Translations under genes and position numbers: made by a program
Assembly (NCBI GenBank): GCA_030390025.1
Contig: CM059431.1
Location: forward strand, 123,754,001 to 123,818,000
Reading direction: 5' to 3'
DNA length: 64,000 nucleotides
Source of the DNA: Squalus acanthias
Lineage: Eukaryota
Notes under the pieces: generated by a model
The model's database searches: none
Seen by the model: only the letters and a program-made list of their open reading frames with translations
What the model was told of the DNA's origin: nothing
Shown here: positions 1 to 10,249 of the stretch, in pieces
How positions within the stretch are numbered: the first letter of the stretch is position 1
How the letters are laid out: every line of letters starts with the position of its first letter

Positions 1-152
1 TGCTTTGGGTCCCGTCTCCTGGAGGCGGGAAAGGCTTTAAATCCTTTTAACTGCCTGTTAACAGGTAGTTAGTTAACAGACAGGAAAAAGGATTAGTGCC
101 ATTTTGCCTTCTCAGGTGAAGGCTTCCCAACCTCGGAGAACCCCGACGGGTT

Positions 153-2493
153 TGTAAGGGGTCACGGTACTGGTGCGAGGTGAGGCCTTCGTTGCCTATA
201 CTATTGCTTGCTCTGGTCTCCGGCCAGACTTTTTGCAATAAGCACCTGTGAGTGGTTCGACCCACTCGCCCTTACGGTTCTGACACCTGGACTTAGATGC
301 AAGGCGCAGTAATGCAGAGAAAAGACTCAAATAGACCAGGTTGAATAGCACAAAATGAATATCTTTATTGCATGGCGTCTAAAATCATGAAATACATGTC
401 ATAGGCGCAGATCAAAGAGAGTACAAGTATACACACGTTCATAAAACTTGGTCTATGGAAATGGGGAACACACGACACATCGTAAAAGGGGGAACACATT
501 ATACATTAACCTTAGAAAACCACCCTCCCTTAATATACCTAAACTACGTCTGGATTTGTAGGATCAGAAAACATGCTCACCACTCGGCTCACTTCGGAAA
601 TTTAAAGTGAGGCACTCAGCTTGTTTTGCTACAGCGCCTGATCGTCACGTGGTTGTAAGAGTTTCTGCACCCTACTTGTTTACTCTCGCTGCCGCGAAAG
701 GTAAGCCAGATTCCCCGATGTCATGAAGTGGTCGATGGATTCAGACCGGATCGTGGAGTAGTCCGTAGAATTCAAAGATGGATTCTGTCATTATATCTTC
801 GGGCGTGGTCGGGGTTTACTGACCGCGGCAGCACGTGGAATTTCTTCTCGTCTTTCTTCTGGTTGCTCGGGCCTCTGGGTCCGGACACCGTTTACCGACG
901 CTCGGGATGGTGTACCCTGTTACTTGCCCTGTCGAGGCGGCTCGTTCCGATTGAGCTCCACCCAACACTCGAATAACCGACCAGCACGGCGAAAAGTCAA
1001 GAGCCAAGAGAGCCCGAGAGGGTCCAGCCCGAGAGAGAGAGAGAGTCAAGGAAGAGCCCAGGAAGAGAGAGAGAGCGATGGACATTTGTTCCCTATAGTT
1101 ATACTGCTTTGTCGGCCTTATCTCCCGCTCAAATCTAAACGTTTATTCTTTGTGTGATTTTGGCGCCCAAAACTCCCAGCATGGGGCGATTATCTTCTTA
1201 ACGGGTTTCGGTAACACCTGAAACTGGCCAACTATCCGTTAATACCTTCTCCATTGTTGAGCCAGCCAGGATGTGTATGAATCGTCTCCTCGACTGGTTT
1301 TGGGGCCCCCCGAATACTGGCTTAATCACCCGCCAATGTCTCTCTCATTGTTGAGCCGGGGGGGTATTTGTGTATTGATGTGTCTGGATGGGTTCTCGAT
1401 GGCCCAGTTCAATGATCCTTACTGTGCGTATGAAACGATTCCAGCACTTATATCATTGTTATTGTCCAGGATGCAAACGGGTTGCATCCTGCCTTTTCAA
1501 TGTGTACCGAGTATGATCCGATCTCATACTGAATGTATATTCGACGCCATCTTGTCTGCCCACTGTGTCTCTGGAAGCTTCTGCCACGATGCGCGGCGGC
1601 CATTTTACAGGCTTCTGTGTCCTTTATTATCAGGGCAGCATTTCGTTTAATAAAAATGATCAATTGAACCTGCTTCTCTCATATTATTTTGAATCGCGAT
1701 AATTGCGAAACTCTACGGGGGAAAAATTCAGCTGCTTGCGCCTCCCGTTAGCGCCTTAAATGGGCGCTAATGGGGCGTAAAGCAGCTAACGCCCGGGCGC
1801 AGCGCTGCCCACGCCTCCCGAAAAATTTAGTGGGAGGTTAGCGGCGGCGGCAGCCGGTAGCGCCCTGTGGCGCTGCGCCGCCGGCGATGACGTCATCGCC
1901 GTGCGCAGCGCCCCGCTCGCGCCCCGGCCGTGATCTTCAGTCGCGCCCCCTGATTTACCGCCAGACGCTATGTCCGACGGGTTCAGGGGGGCGTACGTGC
2001 GGCCGGGGTGGCGATATTTAAAGGGGAGGTGGCAGGCGGCCATTTTTGTTGCTGGCCGCCTGCCAGCACCTGCCCCCGTTGCTGTCCCCGGCCCCCGTGA
2101 AGCCCCCCCAGCGTGAAGTGCCGGCTGCGCTCCAAGAGCCCGGCACTTCTCTTGAGTGCCGGGCTCTTTTGCCGGCACTCCCGATCCCTGGGAGCCCAGC
2201 TGGGCCCCGGTTCGCGCTGCGCAAGGCCCCTCCCCTTTAAGAAGGGGAGGAAGGCCTGCAATACCGCGGCGCGACGTGCCGCAGCGCGTGGCGCTGCGGC
2301 ACGTAGCGCCAGGATATTCACTCGCAGCGCCCCAAGAGGGATGCGGGGTGCTTCCAGTTGCGCCCCGCTTCCCTCTTGGGGCGCAACCACTGAAGTTCCG
2401 GCGCGGGGCCGCTAATTTTTTCGGGGCGCTAAAAGTCGCGCCCCGGCGAGGTTAGCGCCCCAAATGGGGCGCGACTCAATTTTTACCCCTACA
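153..2493 (-). mobile_element. Solo LTR, family A copy 1 (about 1.57 kb net of the MITE insertion)
   Basis: TGT...ACA termini; 4-bp TSD GGTT (149-152, 2494-2497); reverse-complement homolog of 11339-12987; orientation taken from the AATAAA signal. Confidence 0.9.
1717..2489. mobile_element. CpG-rich Harbinger MITE, non-autonomous relative of 32419-36541
   Basis: TIRs GGGGGAAAAATT/AATTTTTACCCC; 3-bp TSD TAC (1714-1716, 2490-2492); both ends match the ends of the autonomous element (TTGCGCCTCCCGTTAGCGCCTTA...; GCGCCCCAAATGGGGCGCGAC). Confidence 0.9.
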
Positions 2494-3931
2494 GGTTGGA
2501 GGAGGCATGAAGGAGGCCTGCGGGGGTCGGAGGCACCTGAAAGTAAGATGTAGAATTATTTGATGGGTGCAAGTGTGGAGTGGTAAGTATGTAAGGTGAG
2601 TGATAAGTGTTTAAAAATGTTCACTTACCTTGTTTTCTTCCTACAGCCTTCATCCACCCGGGATCGGGAGGCCCGACATCCTCCTTGTCGATTTCACAGA
2701 CTGGCTGTTGGATCCTCCGAACCAACAGACATCTGAAATCAACAAAGTTGAAAGGTTTGATGAGTCCTGAACACAAGGTTTCATCAAGCTACAGAGAATG
2801 TCAGTGTTTGACAGCTTCACAGAGCTGTCAAATGCTGACATTTCTTCTTTCAAGAAGTCTTGATAGCACGTCAGACATTGACGTGCTTTGTCATTGACTT
2901 CCTCCCTAATTGGCCTGCTGAACCTGCAGGGCGGGCTTAACAAGGTCAATCAGGGAAAATCCCTCTGGTTGGTCAGACGATGATGGAGGCGGGACATTGA
3001 CACGACAAGCAGCAGTCCCGTCTCCAACTCGTCTGCATTGACAAAATCCAGCCCACAGGCTGCAAAATTTGGCACCTTAGTGCTGGTTCTTGAGGCCAGT
3101 TTCAGCAAAAAATGGTGTCTGCCCCGCTTCTGCCCACTTCTGGCATGGGCCGCGGCGGCTGTTATTTTGGGCAGGTCAGTAGCACGGCCATTGCCTGTGT
3201 TTGCCAGAAGAATGCTAATGAGTCAGATTGTAACGTCAATCAGTGTGCAAGGCTGATTTGACGCACAACGTGCAATTTTGGACGTTGCTGCTCGACTGCA
3301 CCTCCTCCACAAATCACACACAGCAGAACGTGCGGTCAGCTGTACGAGAGAATTCCCCCACATGGGGGATTTAAAGGGATCATCAACAACTACAATGACA
3401 TAGGTAGAACTAGGAATGAGGTTCTGCTGAGGGAGTTTGAGGAGCTAGGATCCAAATTAAAAAGCAGAACCTCAAAGGTAATAATTTCTGGATTATTACC
3501 TGAGCCATGCGCAAATTGGCATAGGTTTAAATGCGTGGCTCAAAGAGTGGTGTGGGAGGAAGGGATTTCAGTTCATGGGGCACTGGCACCAGTACTGGGG
3601 AAAGAGGGAGCTGTTCCATTGGCGAACAAGAGAAGTTAAATATAGTATTAGATCAAAGGAAGAGGCTTATAATTTTGCCAAAAAGCGTAGTAAGCCTGAG
3701 GATTGGGAGGATTTTAGAATTCGGCAAAGGAGGACCAAGAAATTGATAAAGAAAGGGAAAATAGAATATGAGAGTAAACTAGTGAGAGACATAAAAACAG
3801 ACTGTAAAATCTTCTATAGGTATGTAAAAAGGGAAAGATTAGTGAAAGTAAATATGGGTCCCTTACAGGCTGAGACAGGAGAAGTTATAATGGGGAATAA
3901 GGAAATGGTAAAGAAATTAAACAAATACTTT

Positions 3932-4768
3932 GGGCTGGATTCTGTCAGCCCCGAGGAGGCGGGTATGGAGGCCGGTAAAGTTGCAGAATTTGGGGGCGGG
4001 TGGCAAACCCGCCCCCATCCTGCCTCCGTGCCCTCTTGCCAGGAGGCGGGAAGCTGTCCTGTCCCGGATCCCGTCTCCTCGAGGCGGGAAAGGGATTAAA
4101 GCCTATTAACTGCCTGTTAACAGGTAGTTAACAGGCAGAAAATAGGATTATCCACATTTTTCATTTCGATGTACAGGCTTCCCAACCTCGGGGAACCCCG
4201 CCAGGGTGAAGGAGATGAGTAGGAGGTCTGTGGAGGTTGGAGGGGTCTGAAAGTGCAATGTAGAGGTGAGTGATGGGTGCAAGTGTGGAGTGGTAAGTAT
4301 GTAAGGTGAGTGTAAAGTGTTAGAAAATGTTCACTTACCTTTGTTTCTGCCTACAGCCTTCAGCCGCTGTGGAGCCAGAGTCCCGACATCTCCATTGTAG
4401 ATTTCACAGACTGGCTGTTGGATCCTGCAATCCAATAGCCAGGTGATTTCTACAAAGTTGAAAGGTTTGATGAGTCCTGAACACAAATACTCATCAAACT
4501 ACACAGAATGTCAGTGTTTGACAGCTTCACAGAGCTGTCAAACGCTGACATTTCTTCTTTCAAAAACTCTTAACAGATGTCACATCATACATTGACATGC
4601 TCTGTCACTGACTTCCCCCTAATTGGCCTGCTGAGCCCGCAGGGAGGGCTTAACAAGGTCAATCAGGGGAAAATCCCGCTGGTTGGTCAGAAACTGATGG
4701 AGGCGGGATTGAAAGCTGGCAAGCAGCAATCCCGCCTTCAAAGGCTTCCCATTGACAAAATCCAGCCC
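3932..4768 (+). mobile_element. Harbinger-type MITE family X, complete copy (837 bp)
   Basis: TIRs GGGCTGGATTCTGTCA/TGACAAAATCCAGCCC; 3-bp TSD TTT; interrupts CR1 ORF2. Confidence 0.9.
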
Positions 4769-5938
4769 TTTGTGTCTGCCTTCATGGAAGAAGTCGCAAA
4801 AAGCTTCCCGGAAATAGTGGAGAACAAAGGCTCTGGCGAGAATGAGGAATTGAAAGAAATTAGTATTAGTAAAAAAATAGTACTGGAGAAATTAATGGAA
4901 CTGAAAGCCAATAAATCACCTGGACCTGATGGCCTACATCCTAGGGTTTTGGAAGATAGAGGATGCATTGGTTGTCATTTTCCAAAATTCCATAGATTCT
5001 GGAATGGTTCCTGCAGATTGGAAGTTAGCAATGTAACTCCATTATTTAAGAAAGGAGGGAGAGAGAAAACAGGAAACTACAGACCTGTTAGCCAGACATC
5101 AGTAGTAGGGAAAATGCTACAAACTATTATTAAGGACGTGGTAACAGGGCACTTAGAAAATAATAATAGGATTGGGCAGAGTCACAACGGATTTATGAAA
5201 GGGAAATCATGTTTGACAAATCTGTGAGAGTTTTTTGAGGTTGTAACTAGCAGAATAGATAAGGGCGAACCAGTGGATGTGGTGCATTTGGATTTTCAGA
5301 AGGCATTCGATAAGGTGCCACACAAGAGGTTATTAAACAAAATTAGAGCTCATGGGATTGGGGGTAATATTCTAGCATGAATTGAGGATTGGTTAACGGA
5401 CAGAAAACAGAGAGAAGGAATAATTGCGTCATTTTCAGGTTGACAGGCTGTAACTTGTGGGGTACCACAAGGATCAGTGCTTGGGCCTCAGCTGGACCAG
5501 CCAAATAAATACTGTGGCAAAATGAGCAGGTCAGAGGCTAGGTATTCTGCGGCGAGTGTCTCACCTCCTGACTCCCCAAAGCCTTTCCACCATCTACAAG
5601 GCACAAGTAAGGAGTGTGATGGAATACTCTCCAGTTGCCTGGATGAGTGCAGCTCCAACAACACTCAAGAAGCTCAACACCATCCAGAACAAAGCAGCCC
5701 ACTTGATTGGCACCTCATCCACCACCTTAAACATTCACTCCCTCCACCACTGGCACACCGTGGCTGCAGTGTGTACCATCTACAAGTTGCACTGCAGCAA
5801 CTCGCCAAGGCTTCTTTGGCAACACCTCCCAAACCCGCGACCTCTTCCACCTAGAAGGACAAGGGCAGCAGGCGCATGGGAACACCACCACCTCCAAGTT
5901 ACCCTCCAAGTCTTCACGGAGGAAGACACAAAAAACCT

Positions 5939-6229
5939 GGAGCGGCTGCGGCGAGGCGGAGGACTCAAGAGGCGGCGGCGACCAGGTAGGCCCACAGAGG
6001 CGGCGGACCTGGGTGGAGCGGCTGCGGCGAGGCGGAGGACTCAAGAGGCGGCGGCGACCAGGTAGGCCCACAGAGGCGGCGGACCTGGGTGGAGCGGCTG
6101 CGGCGAGGCGGAGGACTCAAGAGGCGGCGGCGACCAGGTAGGCCCACAGAGGCGGCGGACCTGGGTGGAGCGGCTGCGGCGAGGCGGAGGACTCAAGAGG
6201 CGGCGGCGACCAGGTAGGCCCACAGAGGC
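5939..6229 (+). repeat. 76-bp GC/CpG-rich tandem monomer, about 3.8 copies (CR1 5'UTR)
   Basis: Units start at 5939, 6015, 6091 and 6167 and appear identical. Confidence 0.95.
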
Positions 6230-6425
6230 TTTTAAAGTGCAGGACGCAGTGGTTGCTGGGTAGGTGATTAATTTTTACCTGTATATAAGTTGGGCGGTTC
6301 CTAAACCCGAGACACTACACTTGTAGTGTCCCCCACCCTTCCTCCTCCTCTAACCTAAAGGAGGTGAGTGACTATCAGGTAAGCTCTTTTTTGTTCTAGT
6401 TTAATCTGCAAGTTAGCTGGAGGGG

Positions 6426-7352
6426 ATGGCAGGGGAGGCAGTGAAATGTTCCTCCTGCAGAATGTTTGAGGTGAGGGACGCCGTAGGTGTCCCTGCTGAT
6501 TACACCTGTGGGAAGTGCACCCATCTCCAGCTCCTCGAAAACCGTGTTAGGGAACTGGAGCTGGAGCTGGATGAACTTCGGATCATTCGGGAGGCAGAGG
6601 AGGTCATAGATAGAAGCTTCAGGGATGTAATTACTCCAAAGCATGAAGATAGATGGGTGACGGTGAGAGGGGCTAGGAGGAAGCAGTCAGTGCAGGGATC
6701 CTCTGTGGTCGTTCCCCTCAGTAACAGGTATACCGCTTTGAATACTGTTGAGGGGGACGACTTACCAGTGGTAAGCCATGGTGACCGGATCTCCGGCGCT
6801 GGGTCCGTCCCTGTGGCTCAGAAGGGAAGGGGGGAGAGCAGGAGAGCAATAGTTATTGGGGACTCAATAGTCAGAGGGACAGATAGGAGGTTCTGTGGCA
6901 GCAAAAGAGACTCACGGATGGTATGTTGCCTCCCGGGTGCCAGGGTCCGTGACGTCTCGGACCGTGTTTTCAGAATCCTCAAAGGGGAGGGGGAACAATC
7001 ACAAGTCGTGGCACACATCGGTACCAACGACATAGGTAGGAGAAGGGACGAGGATTTAAAACAGGAATTTAGGGAGCTAGGTTGGAAGCTGAGAGCCAGT
7101 ACAAACCATGTTGTAATTTCTGGTTTGTTGCCGGTGCCACGTGCTAGCGAGTTGAGGAACAGGGAGAGAGTGCAGATAAACACGTGGCTGCAGGGATGGT
7201 GTAGCGGGGAGGGTTTCAGTTATGTGGATAATTGGAGCACATTCTGGGGAAGGTGGGACCTGTACAAACAGGACGGTTTGCACCTGAACCAGAGGGGCAC
7301 CAATATCCTGGGAGGGAAATTTGCTACGGCTCTTCGGGGGGGTTTAAACTAA
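6426..7352 (+). CDS. CR1 ORF1p (308 aa): CxxC...CxxC zinc-binding motif, coiled coil, SGNH/GDSL esterase domain
   Basis: CSSC...CGKC; LENRVRELELELDEL; IVIGDSIVRG, HIGTNDI and DGLHL motifs. Confidence 0.93.
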   Translation: MAGEAVKCSSCRMFEVRDAVGVPADYTCGKCTHLQLLENRVRELELELDELRIIREAEEVIDRSFRDVITPKHEDRWVTVRGARRKQSVQGSSVVVPLSNRYTALNTVEGDDLPVVSHGDRISGAGSVPVAQKGRGESRRAIVIGDSIVRGTDRRFCGSKRDSRMVCCLPGARVRDVSDRVFRILKGEGEQSQVVAHIGTNDIGRRRDEDLKQEFRELGWKLRASTNHVVISGLLPVPRASELRNRERVQINTWLQGWCSGEGFSYVDNWSTFWGRWDLYKQDGLHLNQRGTNILGGKFATALRGGLN

Positions 7353-10249
7353 TTTGTCAGGGGGATGGGAAAAAGGGCTGTAGTCCACGAGCCAGTGGTG
7401 AGTGTAGGGAGGTACTGAGGAGGGTATCAAGGTCGCAGGAATGTACCGGCAGACAGGAAGATGGCTTGAAGTGTGTCTACTTCAATGCAAGGAGCATCCG
7501 GAATAAGGTAGGAGAACTTGGAGCGTGGATTGGTACTTGGGACTACGATGTGGTGGCCATTACGGAGACATGGTTAGAACAGGGACAGGAATGGTTGTTG
7601 GAAGTTCCGGGGTATAGATGTTTCAGTAAGAGTAGGGAAGTTGGTAAGAAAGGTGGAGGAGTAGCATTGTTAATCAAGGATAGTTTAACAGCGGCAGAAA
7701 GGCAGTTCGAGGGGGATCTGCCGTCTGAGGTAATATGGGCTGAAGTTAGAAATAGGAAAGGAGCGGTCACATTGTTAGGAGTTTTCTACAGGCCCCCAAA
7801 TAGTAATAGAGATGTGGAGGAAGAAATTGCAAAGCAGATTATGAATAGGTGTGGAGGTCACAGAGTAGTTGTCATGGGTGACTTCAACTTTCCAAATATT
7901 GATTGGAACCTTTATAGGTCAAACAGTTCGGATGGGATAGTTTTTGCACAGTGTGTGCAGGAGGGTTTCCTGACACAATATGTGGATAGGCCGACAAGAG
8001 CTGGGGCCACGTTGGATTTGGTACTGGGTAATGAACCGGGCCAAGTGTTTGATTTGTATGTGGGAGAGCACTTTGGAGATAGTGACCACAATTCGGTAAC
8101 TTTCACTATTGCAATGGAGAGGGATAGGGCCATACGGCAGGGCAGGGTTTATAATTGGGGGAGGGGTAATTATGATGCGATTAGGCAAGAATTAGGGAGT
8201 ATAAGATGGGAACAGAAACTATCAGGGAAAGGCACAAACGAAAAGTGGAGCTTTTTCATGGAGCAATTACTGCGTGTCCTTGATAGGTATGTCCCTGTCA
8301 GTCAGGGAGGAAATGGCCGAGTGAGAGAACCATGGTTCACAAAAGAGGTTGAATGTCTAGTCAAGAGGAAAAAGGAAGCGTATGTAAGGATGAGAAAACA
8401 AGGTTCAGTTGGGTCGATTGAGGGGTACAAGGTAGCAAGGAATGAGCTAAAAAAAGAGCTTAGGAGAGCTAGGAGGGGGCATGAGAAGTCCTTGGCGGGT
8501 CGGATCAAGGAAAACCCCAAGGCTTTTTACTCTTATGTGAGAAATAAAAGAATGACCAGGGTGAGGGTAGGGCCGGTCAAGGACAGTAGTGGGAACTTGT
8601 GCATGGAGTCAGAAGAGATAGGAGAGGTGATGAATGAATACTTTTCGTCAGTGTTCACCGAGGAGAGGGGCCATGTTCTTGAGGATGAGAGTGTGATAAA
8701 GGTGGATAGGCTGGAGGTGGTAGATGTTCTGAGGGAAGATGTTTTAGCAATTTTGAAGAACCTGAGGGTCGATAAGTCCCCTGGGCCAGATGGGATATAT
8801 CCTAGGATTCTTTGGGAGGCAAGGGAGGAGATTGCAGAGCCTCTGGCTTTGATCTTTGGGTCCTCACTGTCCACGGGAATGGTGCCAGAGGACTGGAGAG
8901 TGGCGAATGTTGTTCCTCTCTTCAAGAAAGGAAATAGGAATGACCCTGGTAATTATAGGCCGGTTAGTCTTACTTCGGTGGTTGGTAAGATAATGGAAAA
9001 GGTCCTGAGGGATAGGATTTATGACCATTTGGAAAGGGGCAACTTAATCAGGGATAGTCAACACGGATTCGTGAAGGGTAAGTCTTGCCTAACAAATTTG
9101 ATTGAATTCTTTGAGGAGGTAACTAAGTGTGTAGATGAAGGTAGAGCAGTTGATGTCGTATACATGGATTTTAGTAAGGCGTTTGATAAGGTTCCCCATG
9201 GTCGGCTTATGAAGAAAGTAAGGAGTTGTGGGATAGAGGGAAATTTGGCTGATTGGATAAGTAACTGGCTATCTCATAGAAGGCAGAGGGTGGTGGTGGA
9301 TGGAACATTTTCGGACTGGAGACCAGTTACCAGCGGTGTGCCACAGGGGTCGGTGCTGGGTCCTCTGCTGTTTGTGATTTTTATCAATGACTTGGAGGAG
9401 GGGACTGAAGGGTGGATCAGTAAATTTGCTGATGACACCAAGATTGGTGGAGCAGTGGATGAGGTGGAGGGCTGTTGTAGGCTGCAAAGAGACATTGATA
9501 GGATGCAGAGCTGGGCCAAAAAATGGCAGATGGAATTTAACCCTGATAAGTGCGAGGTGATTCATTTTGGTAGGGCAAATTTGAATAAGGATTACAGGGT
9601 CAACGGCAGGGTTCTGAGGAACGTGGAGGAACAGAGGGATCTGGGGGTTCATATCCACAGATCTCTGAAGGTTGCCACTCAAGTGGATAGAGCAGTAAAG
9701 AAAGCCTATGGTGTGTTGGCGTTTATTAACAGAGGTTTTGAGTTTAAGAACCGTGAGGTTATGCTGCAACTGTACAGGACCTTGGTGAGACCACATTTGG
9801 AATATTGTGTGCAGTTCTGGTCACCTCACTATAGGAAGGACGTGGAAGCATTGGAAAGAGTGCAAAGGAGATTTACCAGGATGCTGCCTGGTTTGGGGGG
9901 GAGGTCTTATGAGGAAAGATTGAGGGAGTTGGGGCTTTTCTCTTTTGAGCGGAGGAGGATGAGAGGCGACTTAATAGAGGTTTATAAGATGATGAGGGGG
10001 ATAGATAGAGTGGATATTCAGAGACTATTTCCTCGGGTAGAGGCAGCTGTTACAAGGGGGCATAACTATAAGGTGCATGGGGGGAGATATAGAAGGGATG
10101 TCCGAGGTAGATTCTTTACTCAGAGAGTGGTTGGGGTGTGGAATGGACTGCCTGCTGTGATAGTGGAGTCGGACACTTTAGGAACTTTCAAGCGGTTATT
10201 GGATAAGCACATGGAGCACACCAGAGTGATAGGGAGTGTGATAGCTTGA
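7349..10249 (+). CDS. CR1 ORF2p (APE endonuclease + reverse transcriptase); start given at the predicted -1 frameshift entry, frame open from 7232
   Basis: NARS, ITETWL, YRPP, GDFN, LDLVL and SDHN endonuclease motifs; YMDFSKAFDKVPH, GVPQGSVLGP and FADD RT motifs; no stops; first in-frame ATG only at 7841. Confidence 0.9.
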   Translation, partial: LICQGDGKKGCSPRASGECREVLRRVSRSQECTGRQEDGLKCVYFNARSIRNKVGELGAWIGTWDYDVVAITETWLEQGQEWLLEVPGYRCFSKSREVGKKGGGVALLIKDSLTAAERQFEGDLPSEVIWAEVRNRKGAVTLLGVFYRPPNSNRDVEEEIAKQIMNRCGGHRVVVMGDFNFPNIDWNLYRSNSSDGIVFAQCVQEGFLTQYVDRPTRAGATLDLVLGNEPGQVFDLYVGEHFGDSDHNSVTFTIAMERDRAIRQGRVYNWGRGNYDAIRQELGSIRWEQKLSGKGTNEKWSFFMEQLLRVLDRYVPVSQGGNGRVREPWFTKEVECLVKRKKEAYVRMRKQGSVGSIEGYKVARNELKKELRRARRGHEKSLAGRIKENPKAFYSYVRNKRMTRVRVGPVKDSSGNLCMESEEIGEVMNEYFSSVFTEERGHVLEDESVIKVDRLEVVDVLREDVLAILKNLRVDKSPGPDGIYPRILWEAREEIAEPLALIFGSSLSTGMVPEDWRVANVVPLFKKGNRNDPGNYRPVSLTSVVGKIMEKVLRDRIYDHLERGNLIRDSQHGFVKGKSCLTNLIEFFEEVTKCVDEGRAVDVVYMDFSKAFDKVPHGRLMKKVRSCGIEGNLADWISNWLSHRRQRVVVDGTFSDWRPVTSGVPQGSVLGPLLFVIFINDLEEGTEGWISKFADDTKIGGAVDEVEGCCRLQRDIDRMQSWAKKWQMEFNPDKCEVIHFGRANLNKDYRVNGRVLRNVEEQRDLGVHIHRSLKVATQVDRAVKKAYGVLAFINRGFEFKNREVMLQLYRTLVRPHLEYCVQFWSPHYRKDVEALERVQRRFTRMLPGLGGRSYEERLRELGLFSFERRRMRGDLIEVYKMMRGIDRVDIQRLFPRVEAAVTRGHNYKVHGGRYRRDVRGRFFTQRVVGVWNGLPAVIVESDTLGTFKRLLDKHMEHTRVIGSVIA

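Larger units (their letters stand above)
1..3054 (+). mobile_element. Harbinger-type MITE family X, copy 1 (5' end outside the window; interrupted by a solo LTR at 153-2493)
   Basis: Segments 1-152 and 2494-3054 are colinear with the complete copy at 3932-4768 (AACTGCCTGTTAACAGGTAGTT palindrome, TGTCAGTGTTTGACAGCTTCACAGAGCTGTCAAA hairpin). It ends in the TIR GACAAAATCCAGCCC. Confidence 0.85.

Noticed and set aside
1786..2455. Overlapping GC-rich ORFs inside the MITE
   Set aside because: Stop-poor because of high GC; no recognisable domain.
5939..6229. CRISPR-like array
   Set aside because: Units are identical head-to-tail with no unique spacers, in a eukaryotic LINE 5'UTR.
7232..7348. ORF2 start at 7232 as given in the ORF track
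   Set aside because: The codon is TTG inside ORF1, and the peptide up to the junction shows no recognisable motif; it cannot be fully excluded.
7376..7398. Pseudoknot (GGCT/AGCC, CCAC/GTGG) as the frameshift stimulator
   Set aside because: Stems are only 4 bp, lie about 26 nt from the heptamer (longer than the usual spacer) and are not evident in the second CR1 family.
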